Part shown: piece by piece, positions 26,299 to 34,305 of the stretch
How the letters are laid out: the number at the start of each line of letters is the position of its first letter
Position numbering within the stretch: the first letter of the stretch is position 1
IMG/VR virus record: IMGVR_UViG_3300023263_000006
Location: 1-34,606 of that record
Length of the DNA: 34,606 nucleotides
Origin: a virus
Taxonomy: Duplodnaviria > Caudoviricetes
Direction: 5' to 3' (one strand)
Notes under the pieces: model-generated
What the model was told of the DNA's origin: nothing
The model's database searches: none
Seen by the model: only the letters and a program-made list of their open reading frames with translations
Program-made: the position numbers and the translations under genes

Positions 26299-27036
26299 AT
26301 GACTTCAGGAATTTATAAGATAAAAAGTTTGAAATGCGGAAAATGTTACTGGGGTTCTTCAAAGAACATATATAATAGATTTGCAACCCATAGGTATTGT
26401 CTAAATAAAAAAAAGCACGGAAATAAAACACTACAAAGTATTTATGATGAATATGGATTAGATAATCTACAATTTGAAATAGTTGAAGAATGTAGTTGTA
26501 ATGATTTAGAGCAACGTGAGAAGTATTATTTAGATAAGGATGAAAATAAAATAAATATATGGATAAATCCTTATTCTCCAAAGGGTTGTAAGCGAACAAA
26601 AAAACGAATTTGGTCACAAGAAGTAAAAGATAAGATTAGCAAAAGTGTTCGAGAAAGTCATTTAAAACATGGGCACCCATTGCTTGGGGTATCTATGAAA
26701 GAAGAGACGAAACGAAAAATAGGAAATGCCAACAGAGGCAATAAGTGGTCAGAAGAAAGTAAATTGAAGATCAAAGGAAGAGCATCTCCCAATAAGGGAA
26801 TTCCTCTTTCAGAAGAGACTAAATTAAAACTCAAGTTGGCAAACCTGGGGAAGCCCTGTAAACTTAAAGGTTTTGTAAAAGAGTTTCCTAAAGAGAAAGT
26901 TTGCATAAAATGTAAAGAGATGAAAAACATTCAAGCATATGGATTTTCAGGAAAATGGTATAGAAATATGTGTAGGAAATGCAAAGAACTACATAGAAAA
27001 CCTAGAAATAAAAGGAAGGTAAAACTTGGCTTATAA
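26299..27036 (+). CDS. Free-standing GIY-YIG homing endonuclease with NUMOD3-type repeats
   Basis: SGIYKI...YWGSSKNIYNRF..H...REKYY; SEETKRKIG/SEESKLKI/SEETKLKL repeats; C-terminal CxxC...CxxC; AT-rich relative to flanks. Confidence 0.9.
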   Translation: MTSGIYKIKSLKCGKCYWGSSKNIYNRFATHRYCLNKKKHGNKTLQSIYDEYGLDNLQFEIVEECSCNDLEQREKYYLDKDENKINIWINPYSPKGCKRTKKRIWSQEVKDKISKSVRESHLKHGHPLLGVSMKEETKRKIGNANRGNKWSEESKLKIKGRASPNKGIPLSEETKLKLKLANLGKPCKLKGFVKEFPKEKVCIKCKEMKNIQAYGFSGKWYRNMCRKCKELHRKPRNKRKVKLGL

Positions 27037-27664
27037 AAGTAAATTTCTAACACCAGCCGAAGGCGGATTAGGAGCTTCTACAACCGCTACATCTGCCAAA
27101 ATATTGATAGGTGATGGAACAAACTGGGTGGCTAGCACTCCGACATATCCTACTACCGCTGGTACTAGCGGAAATGTACTTACTAGCAATGGGACGAATT
27201 GGACTAGCGCCACAGCACCCGGTGGTGGCTTGTTGACCGCTACAGTAACGTTAACAAGTGCGCAAATTAAAGCATTAAATGCAACCCCGATACAACTCGT
27301 TGCTGCCCCAGGAGCAAATAAAATAATTATGCTCGAGCAAGCCGCAGCTAAATTTACCTATGGTGGAACAAACGTATTTGTAGCTGGCGCATCTCAAGTT
27401 ATTAATATATTTTGGAACAACGGAGTCACCGCGGCTTATTCTACAGGCGCGCCATTGATTTCAAACGCAACAATAGTAGGAAGTGCAAATAAATTTTGCG
27501 CAGGATTGAGTGGTCCAACTTCAGTAGTGAATCAGGTAGCAGGAATATTAGATAACGTTAATTTAGTCGTTCAAAATCCAATTGCTACAGAGATAACAGG
27601 TAATGCAGCAAATAACAACACAATAACTATAGTAGTTCAATATTGGATAGCTGATGTAACGTAG
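27026..27664 (+). CDS. Tail fibre-related protein
   Basis: TTG start with AGGAAGGT RBS; GTSGNVLTSNGTNWTS fibre motif. Confidence 0.7.
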   Translation: MAYKSKFLTPAEGGLGASTTATSAKILIGDGTNWVASTPTYPTTAGTSGNVLTSNGTNWTSATAPGGGLLTATVTLTSAQIKALNATPIQLVAAPGANKIIMLEQAAAKFTYGGTNVFVAGASQVINIFWNNGVTAAYSTGAPLISNATIVGSANKFCAGLSGPTSVVNQVAGILDNVNLVVQNPIATEITGNAANNNTITIVVQYWIADVT

Positions 27665-27681
27665 AAAAAAGCAGAATAGGA

Positions 27682-27882
27682 TTAATCCAGCTCTCCCATG
27701 CTTCTACAAACCGTAAACCTTTGATGATCTTGAAGTGTGGTCTTCTTTCTTGAAGGTTTCTCTGCCCATTTCCTGGCATGCTCAAGATTTCGGTATACTT
27801 CTTTGCAACTAACTGAGCAGTAGAGGTTTGACTTGTACTTGGTTTCAAATTCTTCTTGGCATTGGGGGCATATTTTTAACAT
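27682..27882 (-). CDS. Small zinc-finger protein
   Basis: CPQCQEEF...YCSVSC. Confidence 0.65.
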   Translation of the reverse strand: MLKICPQCQEEFETKYKSNLYCSVSCKEVYRNLEHARKWAEKPSRKKTTLQDHQRFTVCRSMGELD

Positions 27883-27942
27883 GTAAGCCTTTTATGGTTT
27901 TTGTTTTGCCCCAGAAAATGAAATCCTGGGGCGTTAAAGTTG

Positions 27943-28254
27943 CTAGAAAGGGCAATCATCATCAGCTACTATAGGAGTTGGTGCCTTCCTTTGCAGTTCT
28001 TCATATTCACCTTTTGCTATGAGGGCAAGAACTGAATCTTGGAACTTCTTATGCCTAGCTTCGTCAAATTTTACAAGGCTTTGATACTTCTTTTGCCCAT
28101 CTTTTTCATATTCTCGGCTAGGTAAGTTTACCCATTGCTTGGCATCCTTTTCAAAGAAAGAGCATGCTATTGTCATGCCCCATTCTTCAATTACCACATC
28201 AAAAAACCCTCGAAGGTAGCCTTTTTCTACTGATTTAAAATTAATTATCTTCAT
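27943..28254 (-). CDS. SpoVG-like single-stranded nucleic acid binding protein (phage SSB)
   Basis: LRGFFDV...WVNLPSREY..DG.KKY fold motif; acidic SSB-type tail DDDCPF; GAGG RBS before ATG 28254. Confidence 0.7.
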   Translation of the reverse strand: MKIINFKSVEKGYLRGFFDVVIEEWGMTIACSFFEKDAKQWVNLPSREYEKDGQKKYQSLVKFDEARHKKFQDSVLALIAKGEYEELQRKAPTPIVADDDCPF

Positions 28255-28606
28255 TATTTTCCTCATCTTCTTTTTTTTCGTTGTTTTCACAATGAAATTC
28301 GTAAACTTGTTGACTCACTGATTTCTCGCAAAATAAATTTATCTTTTCTCTTAGTTGCTGTTTGCAAGCTTCTTCTATAGATGAAGAAAAATCGCCAAAA
28401 CACTTAAATTTACCAATATAATTATGTTCAAAATTGCCAGTAGAGAAAAAGGTCCCATAACTTTTTCTCTTTGACCCATCCTTCAACACAAAATTAATTT
28501 CTGAAATATTATCATCATGTTCAATTATATTTATATGAGCAACTTCATCAATATTTATATATTCAACTTTTCTTCTTTCGCCTGAACAGTAAAATTTTAC
28601 AAACAT
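28241..28606 (-). CDS. Hypothetical protein
   Basis: Coupled ORF; YINIDEVAHI motif. Confidence 0.65.
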   Translation of the reverse strand: MFVKFYCSGERRKVEYINIDEVAHINIIEHDDNISEINFVLKDGSKRKSYGTFFSTGNFEHNYIGKFKCFGDFSSSIEEACKQQLREKINLFCEKSVSQQVYEFHCENNEKKEDEENNEDN

Positions 28607-28788
28607 TATTTAATCATCCTAAATTTGTTGATTATGTTTTCCATAGCTTGTAATTGATAGCTGGTTAATTCTCCATATTCATTGAAATTACTTTCAATAG
28701 ACTCTATAAATTCACTGTCAAAACTTTCATGCTCTTCTGCATATTGTTTAATAGTTTCTATCATAAATTCAGGATCATCAAACATCAT
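28606..28788 (-). CDS. Small acidic hypothetical protein
   Basis: GGAGG RBS; coupled. Confidence 0.65.
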   Translation of the reverse strand: MMFDDPEFMIETIKQYAEEHESFDSEFIESIESNFNEYGELTSYQLQAMENIINKFRMIK

Positions 28789-29186
28789 TCCTCCAATTCT
28801 TTCATTAATGATTTAACAGTTTCTTGAAATGTCATCTTATGATGCATCATACACCACTGGATGGCATCGCCTTCTGCTTCGCAGTTTCCGCATATATAGC
28901 GATGAGTTTCAACAATGAATTGCCCCTTACCCTCATTGCAAAAAGGGCAATCACCAACAAAATAGGTCTTAGGATCAAGCTGAATGCATTGAATTATCAA
29001 CTTTGGCAGATCTATTTCCTCTCTGATTCTTTCGATGACTCCTTTATCTACTTTAACTTTTGAGTCATTTTTCTCAAAGTAACTACTCAATATTGCTAAA
29101 GCTTCTTCTCTAAGGTCGTTTTCAACACAAAAATACACACCTGAAAGTATGGCTTTCAGTACTTGCATTTCTTTATTTCTATCCAT
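28785..29186 (-). CDS. Stand-alone primase-type zinc-binding (zf-CHC2-like) protein
   Basis: IERIREEIDL...CPFCNE...F.V...YICGNC...GDAIQW.M....MTFQETVKSL; no TOPRIM domain. Confidence 0.75.
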   Translation of the reverse strand: MDRNKEMQVLKAILSGVYFCVENDLREEALAILSSYFEKNDSKVKVDKGVIERIREEIDLPKLIIQCIQLDPKTYFVGDCPFCNEGKGQFIVETHRYICGNCEAEGDAIQWCMMHHKMTFQETVKSLMKELEE

Positions 29187-29409
29187 GCTTTATATCCTTT
29201 CCATAATTAGTTTGATATTGTTCTCTAAGTTTTTGATGCAATGCATCTACGTTCTCATCTCCGCAAAATTTATCACAATCTACGAGAGCCGAATTACGCT
29301 TTTTCATATAGTCCTTAGTTGAAAGATTCATCAGCTCTTGATCAATGGCGTTACATTGGTCCATAGCATCAACTATAATTTCTCGTTCAATCTTCTCGCC
29401 AGCAAGCAT
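29179..29409 (-). CDS. Hypothetical protein (start uncertain)
   Basis: 3' part of ORF 29179..29547 not overlapping dnaB. Confidence 0.5.
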   Translation of the reverse strand: MLAGEKIEREIIVDAMDQCNAIDQELMNLSTKDYMKKRNSALVDCDKFCGDENVDALHQKLREQYQTNYGKDIKHG

Positions 29410-29431
29410 CTTATCTCGAATGTTATCCCAA

Positions 29432-30838
29432 TTAAGATAAATCGCTTTCTTCTTCTTCTCTAATTGGTTTATGTTCATTAAAATCCATTGATTTAAATCT
29501 TGAAAATTGAAGTTCTGTGGCAAGAAATAATGTTCCTGTTGATCCATGCCGATTTTTTTCTACTACAACACTTATCCTACCGGCGCCATCATTTGGATTG
29601 GTCATAGAAGGCCGATGCAAAAAGATTACCTGATCGGCGTCTTGCTCAATCGATCCCGACTCTCTAAGATCAGATAATTTTGGTTTACTATCTAATCGAT
29701 TTTCTACGCTACGATTTAATTGAGATAAACAAACGATCGGAATATCGAGCTCCATAGCCAATAGTTTAAGCTTTCTCGAGATGTCTGATACTTCATTGAC
29801 TCGACTATCACTATTTTTGTATTTGGCAGATCCGTTTATAAGTTGCAGATAATCAATGATTAACAGTTCTATTTTATGAACCTCTTTTAGCTTTTTTGCA
29901 GCAATCTTGATAGAAGAGATATCTACGCTGTGCGATGTGTAAAAGTGTATTGGTGCATCTTTAATTTTTTCAATCGTATCAGTAAGGTCAACCCAAAACT
30001 GATCTAGATGCCCTTTGTGAATCGCTTCTAAAGGAATTTTACCAACATTAGAGCAAATCTTTTCTATGATTTGTTGAGGGTCCATCTCAAGAGAAAATAT
30101 TCCTACAGGTTTATTTTTCCGAATGGCCTGCTCAATTGCGAATTCAATAGCAAGAGTTGTTTTACCGACCCCAGGTCTTGCCGCAACTATAATAAGATTT
30201 TTTTTCCCCAATCCATTTATTTGTTCATCAAGCTTCGGAAATCCAGTAGTAAGGCCCAAGCAATTCCCAAGCCCGGCTTGTTTTCGTTCTTCTTGTCTTT
30301 GCTGCATAAGCTCTAAAAAGCTTTCTGGTTGCTTTTCAGTTTTCCCTTCACATACTTGTTTGACATTAGTAAACTCATTAAATGATTTCTTTTTACCAAG
30401 ATTGTGCAACTCAGTACTTATCGAAGCTATGTGAATTTCCACAGGTTCTTGATTTTCAAGAACTTCTCTCGCCGATCGCTGGTGAAGATTGATAAGATCT
30501 CTTCTAATTGATTTGTCTAAAATTATATTTGTATACTCTTCCGAATCATAGGCAATGAGAGCAGCTTCTTTGCAGGTCATCAAGTAGGCTATGCCACCGG
30601 CCCTAGAAAGCTCTCCAGTCGCTCGTAATGACTCGACCAGTATCTGTAGTTCACCTGGCGTGTTTTTCTCGTAGAGGGCCTGCAAATGCGAAAAAACAAT
30701 AACATGCTTTTCTTCTAGAAAATCCTGCGGACACAATCTTTGACAAGCGAGGTCATTATCGCTTGCAGAAGAGAGCATCATCCCTAAGAGAATTGTTTCG
30801 GATTCAACCGCGTTTGGTAATTCTTGATATTTTTTCAT
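29432..30838 (-). CDS. dnaB: Replicative DNA helicase DnaB
   Basis: AARPGVGKT Walker A, FSLEM, IIDYLQL, LSQLNR, DLRESGSIEQDAD, KNRHG; full N-terminal domain. Confidence 0.97.
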   Translation of the reverse strand: MKKYQELPNAVESETILLGMMLSSASDNDLACQRLCPQDFLEEKHVIVFSHLQALYEKNTPGELQILVESLRATGELSRAGGIAYLMTCKEAALIAYDSEEYTNIILDKSIRRDLINLHQRSAREVLENQEPVEIHIASISTELHNLGKKKSFNEFTNVKQVCEGKTEKQPESFLELMQQRQEERKQAGLGNCLGLTTGFPKLDEQINGLGKKNLIIVAARPGVGKTTLAIEFAIEQAIRKNKPVGIFSLEMDPQQIIEKICSNVGKIPLEAIHKGHLDQFWVDLTDTIEKIKDAPIHFYTSHSVDISSIKIAAKKLKEVHKIELLIIDYLQLINGSAKYKNSDSRVNEVSDISRKLKLLAMELDIPIVCLSQLNRSVENRLDSKPKLSDLRESGSIEQDADQVIFLHRPSMTNPNDGAGRISVVVEKNRHGSTGTLFLATELQFSRFKSMDFNEHKPIREEEESDLS

Positions 30839-31682
30839 TTAACATCCTTATACATTCATTAAAGGTTTTTTCAAATAAGGCATCTGATTTGAAACTATGG
30901 TACTCCTTACCGTCGAAAATCACAAGCAAATCATCGTTCGTGTCACTGCAATAAACTTTAGCAATACCGCATAGTTCAATTATTTCATCTATCATAGGTT
31001 TCTTGTTATCAACTTTGTTTTTTAACCGGCCCCACCTTTCGTAGGGTTTTCTTTCTTGCTCCTGAGTTGGTTGATCTTGTCTAGAGAGGTATTCTTTGCA
31101 TAGGTTTGTGAATACCGCTACTGGCTTCTTTGGTGTTATGGGCATTCGGCTTATGCATCGCTTCGCGTAAGCTACAGCCTCTTTAGGGTAACGGCTTAGG
31201 ATTTGCTTGTCTTTGACTCCGAAAGGTAGGGCTTCGATGTCAGGTCTCATCGATGGAGTTTGTTTGGTTTCTTTTGGCTGATTCGAAGAATCTGCTTCGA
31301 ATTCGTATTTATTTAGTTTGTTTTCTTTTGTGGGGGTGATTTTCACCCTGGGGGCAGGGTGATTTTCACCCTGGTCATTATTATTTGAAACAACGAGTTC
31401 ATAAACTGTAGCCTCTTGGCCATTTGTGCCTGCAACATATTTTTTGCATAAGCCTAATTGTTCTAGTTTTTCCGTAGCTTTCCATAAAGCTTGGCGGTTC
31501 ACACCTGTCATTTTCTCCATTTGAGATATGCTAATACGATCTCGAAAATTTTCTTTATGGAAACCAAAGATTTTTCTACAAAGTGCACAAAGTACTTTGA
31601 ATTCAGTACCATTAAGACGACTCATCCAATAATCAAAAATGACGTTTGGGCTTTGAGTATAATTTGGGATTGGAATAGACAC
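30804..31682 (-). CDS. Replication initiator, lambda O-like N-terminal wHTH
   Basis: NYTQSPNVIFD...LNGTEFKVL..LCRKIFGFHK..DRISISQMEKMTG; directly upstream of dnaB; internal iterons. Confidence 0.85.
   Translation of the reverse strand: MSIPIPNYTQSPNVIFDYWMSRLNGTEFKVLCALCRKIFGFHKENFRDRISISQMEKMTGVNRQALWKATEKLEQLGLCKKYVAGTNGQEATVYELVVSNNNDQGENHPAPRVKITPTKENKLNKYEFEADSSNQPKETKQTPSMRPDIEALPFGVKDKQILSRYPKEAVAYAKRCISRMPITPKKPVAVFTNLCKEYLSRQDQPTQEQERKPYERWGRLKNKVDNKKPMIDEIIELCGIAKVYCSDTNDDLLVIFDGKEYHSFKSDALFEKTFNECIRMLNEKISRITKRG
31311..31374. repeat. Putative replication origin: two palindromic iterons plus an AT-rich tract
   Basis: GGGTGATTTTCACCCTGG at 31334-31351 and 31357-31374; T-rich 31311-31330. 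Confidence 0.75.
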
Positions 31683-31693
31683 ATTAATTCTAC

Positions 31694-31762
31694 CTATGCG
31701 AGTTCTTATGTTGAGAAGAAAACCAACGTGTGCTAAGATCTCGCATAGATCACACGTTGGTT
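31694..31762 (-). promoter_or_regulatory. Alternative-pairing leader of the initiator mRNA
   Basis: IR1 31694-31708/31734-31748 (14/15), IR2 31721-31732/31751-31762 (12/12), interleaved; IR1 overlaps the SD. Confidence 0.7.
31711..31739 (+). promoter_or_regulatory. Antisense promoter within the initiator leader
   Basis: TTGAGA-17-TAAGAT with extended -10 TG. Confidence 0.7.
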
Positions 31763-31810
31763 GGTTAAGGGTCGCGAATTCTTTGGTTGGAAGCGCGGCC
31801 CTTTGGTTTT
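31746..31810 (+). ncRNA. Putative ~65-nt countertranscript (antisense) RNA
   Basis: Between the antisense promoter and hairpin AAGGGTCGCG/CGCGGCCCTT (31767-31803; fully paired only on + via G-U) followed by TGGTTTT; no ORF. Confidence 0.6.
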
Positions 31811-31890
31811 AGTACGATACTCTTCACAAGCCTTTTTGTCTCTACAAAAATTCTCGCTCTGTGTACGCTAAAAGTTAAAATAGGCATATC

Positions 31891-32304
31891 ATGGAATGGC
31901 AAATTTTAACTACGTTTTTTTCTCTAATGTCACTAGTTCTTCTGGTTGTGATACTTATGGCACAAGCATTCATAAAGCGATCGCAAACTTCTATGTCTAA
32001 GGTACTTGTAGAACTTCTTTCGGATTCTCATTCGCTCTTATCCATTGTGCGTGAGATGGATAAGCAACAGGACCTCTTTGTTAGACAGATGCCTCCTCAT
32101 GAAGAAAGTGCCGTTGTTGTGCATCCTATGGACACAAAAGACCTTCCAGCTGGCCTTGTGTGGATGTCTACAGTAGAAGCTGTGACTCCAGAGATCATTC
32201 CAGCTGAAAGAAAGGCCACATCTCCGAAGAAACATGGCCGTAGTCGAGGTTCTAGAGGCGCTGTGTCTAAACAACGAAAGGTCAAAGCGAAGAAATCGGA
32301 ATAG
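31891..32304 (+). CDS. N-terminally membrane-anchored protein with basic tail, inverted within the early arm
   Basis: TM ILTTFFSLMSLVLLVVILMA; possible promoter TCTACA-17-TACGCT 31841-31869. Confidence 0.65.
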   Translation: MEWQILTTFFSLMSLVLLVVILMAQAFIKRSQTSMSKVLVELLSDSHSLLSIVREMDKQQDLFVRQMPPHEESAVVVHPMDTKDLPAGLVWMSTVEAVTPEIIPAERKATSPKKHGRSRGSRGAVSKQRKVKAKKSE

Positions 32305-32950
32305 ACTCCCCTGTATCATCAATTGGAAAACGCTTCTCATAGGCCTTAGCAAACCTTGATAAGTTGTTATCCTGGTTAGCAATTGCAGATTTCAGGATGT
32401 TAAACTCTGACGTCTTGTGCTCAATGCTCTTTTCCTTTACAAAAACGACCAAGGAAGCGCGATCGGCTATAACCCCTATCGTAGTCAGCTTTTCCATAAG
32501 ATCGTCGATTGTGAACGATTCTGGCGCGTTTTGAGTAGGCTTAGCTTCCTTAGGCCTTCTATCCACGCAACTTTCGGCATCATCATCCGCTTGGGCAACA
32601 CCAACAAGGGCCGCATAGCTATAGCGTCTAAAGTACGTCAGTGCGCTTCCAATGCTTTGAGGATCTTGCTTAGCCAAAACGATAGGCATTACGGACTTAA
32701 TCCACTGACCTGACTTATGCGCTAAAGTGCTTATTAAGCAAAGCTGAGCGTCTATTATGCCCGTAGTCTGTATGACTGCTAGGCCATTATTCGCAAGAGG
32801 CTCTTTTGCAGCATTTAAAATACTGTGCAGATCTGCGTAGGAGCTCTTGAAGAACGGGTTCTTGCTGTCCTTTATGGCGGGCATTAGACAGCCCTGGGTT
32901 TTTGATAAGGCTTCAGCCAGTTCGTTAATTTCTTGAGATTGCATATCCAT
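32282..32950 (-). CDS. erf: ERF-family ssDNA annealing recombinase
   Basis: INELAEALSKTQ...KDSKNPFFKSSYADL...GSALTYFRRYS...DDDA; start at ATG 32950. Confidence 0.9.
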   Translation of the reverse strand: MDMQSQEINELAEALSKTQGCLMPAIKDSKNPFFKSSYADLHSILNAAKEPLANNGLAVIQTTGIIDAQLCLISTLAHKSGQWIKSVMPIVLAKQDPQSIGSALTYFRRYSYAALVGVAQADDDAESCVDRRPKEAKPTQNAPESFTIDDLMEKLTTIGVIADRASLVVFVKEKSIEHKTSEFNILKSAIANQDNNLSRFAKAYEKRFPIDDTGESIPISSL

Positions 32951-32951
32951 T

Positions 32952-33020
32952 TTATTTTCCTTTAAGTTCAGTTGGCCATGGTTCGCCAAGTTCGGGTTCT
33001 GGTACCGGGTATATATTCAT
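32952..33020 (-). CDS. 22-aa micropeptide MNIYPVPEPELGEPWPTELKGK
   Basis: Perfect GGAGGTGA RBS; ends 1 nt before the erf start. Confidence 0.5.
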   Translation of the reverse strand: MNIYPVPEPELGEPWPTELKGK

Positions 33021-33046
33021 GTTGCTCACCTCCAATGACATAAATA

Positions 33047-33265
33047 TTATCTATGTGATAATAAATATTCAAGGTGAGATTGCATTTTGTTTTCATGATC
33101 TAAAGCGAGCTTTTTCCATCTATCTCTAGATCTTTCCATATCTTCATACTTCATTTTCAATCTAAACAACTCATTGCTAAGCTCATCCGCACGTTCTTTG
33201 TACGGGTCATAGTTCATGATTGCAGAATATTCTTCCTGTTGGATATAGTCTGGCTGTGTTTTCAT
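33047..33265 (-). CDS. Coiled-coil hypothetical protein
   Basis: AAGGAG RBS. Confidence 0.7.
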   Translation of the reverse strand: MKTQPDYIQQEEYSAIMNYDPYKERADELSNELFRLKMKYEDMERSRDRWKKLALDHENKMQSHLEYLLSHR

Positions 33266-33321
33266 AAGGACTCCTTTTGGTTTAGGACCATCAAAAGATG
33301 GGTTAAAATGTTTTCCTTTAT

Positions 33322-33345
33322 GGGCTGAACTGTAATTCAGCCCAG
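33322..33345 (-). other. Intergenic stem-loop TGGGCTGAA-N6-TTCAGCCCA
   Basis: Perfect 9-bp arms just after the stop at 33347; no U-tract on the - strand. Confidence 0.5.
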
Positions 33346-33346
33346 T

Positions 33347-33580
33347 TTATTTTACGTACTGTTCAAGTTCTTTGATTTCTTCGATAATCAGCAAAGCTTC
33401 TACGACATCATCTTGATCCATCATGGTTGGGCTAAGCTCATCCTCTGATGACATGTTATAGTAGCTCATGATGATCTGTAGACGGTCTCTTAGGATTCTT
33501 ATCTGCTGCATCCATGCTCTCTTTTCACGAGCTTCAAACTCATTAGCAAGCTGCTGATAGCTATGTACAAGGCCGTTCAT
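33347..33580 (-). CDS. Hypothetical protein
   Basis: AAGGAGA RBS; own promoter. Confidence 0.7.
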   Translation of the reverse strand: MNGLVHSYQQLANEFEAREKRAWMQQIRILRDRLQIIMSYYNMSSEDELSPTMMDQDDVVEALLIIEEIKELEQYVK

Positions 33581-33605
33581 AATGGTTCTCCTTTGTTATG
33601 GCTTA

Positions 33606-33634
33606 AGTGTAACATTACCCATCATTTCCCACAA
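33606..33634 (-). promoter_or_regulatory. Leftward promoter containing the 16-bp motif
   Basis: TTGTGG-17-TACACT; AGTGTAACATTACCCA 33606-33621. Confidence 0.6.
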
Positions 33635-34229
33635 GAATATTCGCATTATCCTTTTCTTCCCAGTACCGAATTGCTGCTTCTACGCATATGTCGAGCACAT
33701 TTTGATCAAACTCGAACTCATAGATAACAGGGGATTTTGGTGTGTATTCTATGCGCTTGATTGCACCTGTGCTACTGTCTCTAAATGTATGCTTGTCATG
33801 GCGTAAGTTAATCCATTGCATCTTGTTAGAAGTGCTGTAGCCATTTTCTCGTAAGAGATACCAGTAAAAGTGTGCTTGCATTTCCCATATAGCTTTTTTA
33901 GGAGACGCTGAGCATTTCCAGTCGATGAGCACGTCTGGGCCATGGCCTTGAAGTAAACCATCACATTCTCCAGTGATCATAAGCTTATCGCAATAGAGTC
34001 TTGGGATTTGTTCTATGTTAGGTTTCTTAACATCCCACATTTTATAGCTCTGAAAGTATGCCCGGGCACGATCTGTGTCAAAACAGACAAATTCACCTGC
34101 ACAATCCTGTATGATGGCATTGTGTACGTTTGTTCCTATCTTGGCTTTCTCTTCAAGTATCACTGGGTCGATGTCCGCATATGAATCGAACATCTGTAAT
34201 ATCTCACTAACTCTTACATGTTTACGCAT
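33615..34229 (-). CDS. PD-(D/E)XK exonuclease (RecB/Cas4-like fold)
   Basis: RVSEIL, GTNVHNAI, GECDGL, LIDWK, QAHFY motifs; partner of ERF. Confidence 0.85.
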   Translation of the reverse strand: MRKHVRVSEILQMFDSYADIDPVILEEKAKIGTNVHNAIIQDCAGEFVCFDTDRARAYFQSYKMWDVKKPNIEQIPRLYCDKLMITGECDGLLQGHGPDVLIDWKCSASPKKAIWEMQAHFYWYLLRENGYSTSNKMQWINLRHDKHTFRDSSTGAIKRIEYTPKSPVIYEFEFDQNVLDICVEAAIRYWEEKDNANILVGNDG

Positions 34230-34255
34230 TGTCTATCCTTTTTGTTGTTACGAGA

Positions 34256-34288
34256 TTGACTATAACGCATGGGAACTGTTACACTCAA
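34256..34288. promoter_or_regulatory. Overlapping divergent promoters with central 16-bp motif
   Basis: + TTGACT-18-TACACT (34256-34285); - TTGAGT-18-TATAGT (34288-34259); motif at 34270-34285. Confidence 0.75.
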
Positions 34289-34305
34289 GGAAAAAAGGTA
34301 ACTGT

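Noticed and set aside
26247-27036. Group I intron around the GIY-YIG gene
   Set aside because: Flanking genes are complete with own stop and start; only ~50 nt non-coding, too little for a ribozyme core
27908-27932. GCCCCAG...CTGGGGC hairpin as a terminator
   Set aside because: No U-tract on the coding (-) strand; may be a stability or processing hairpin but not supportable as a terminator
33615-34229. Cas4 / CRISPR-associated gene
   Set aside because: No four-Cys Fe-S motif, no cas neighbours or array; context with ERF indicates a recombination exonuclease
34075-34305. N-terminal extension of the Cro-like ORF
   Set aside because: Overlaps the nuclease gene and the divergent promoters; RBS and HTH fit ATG 34306
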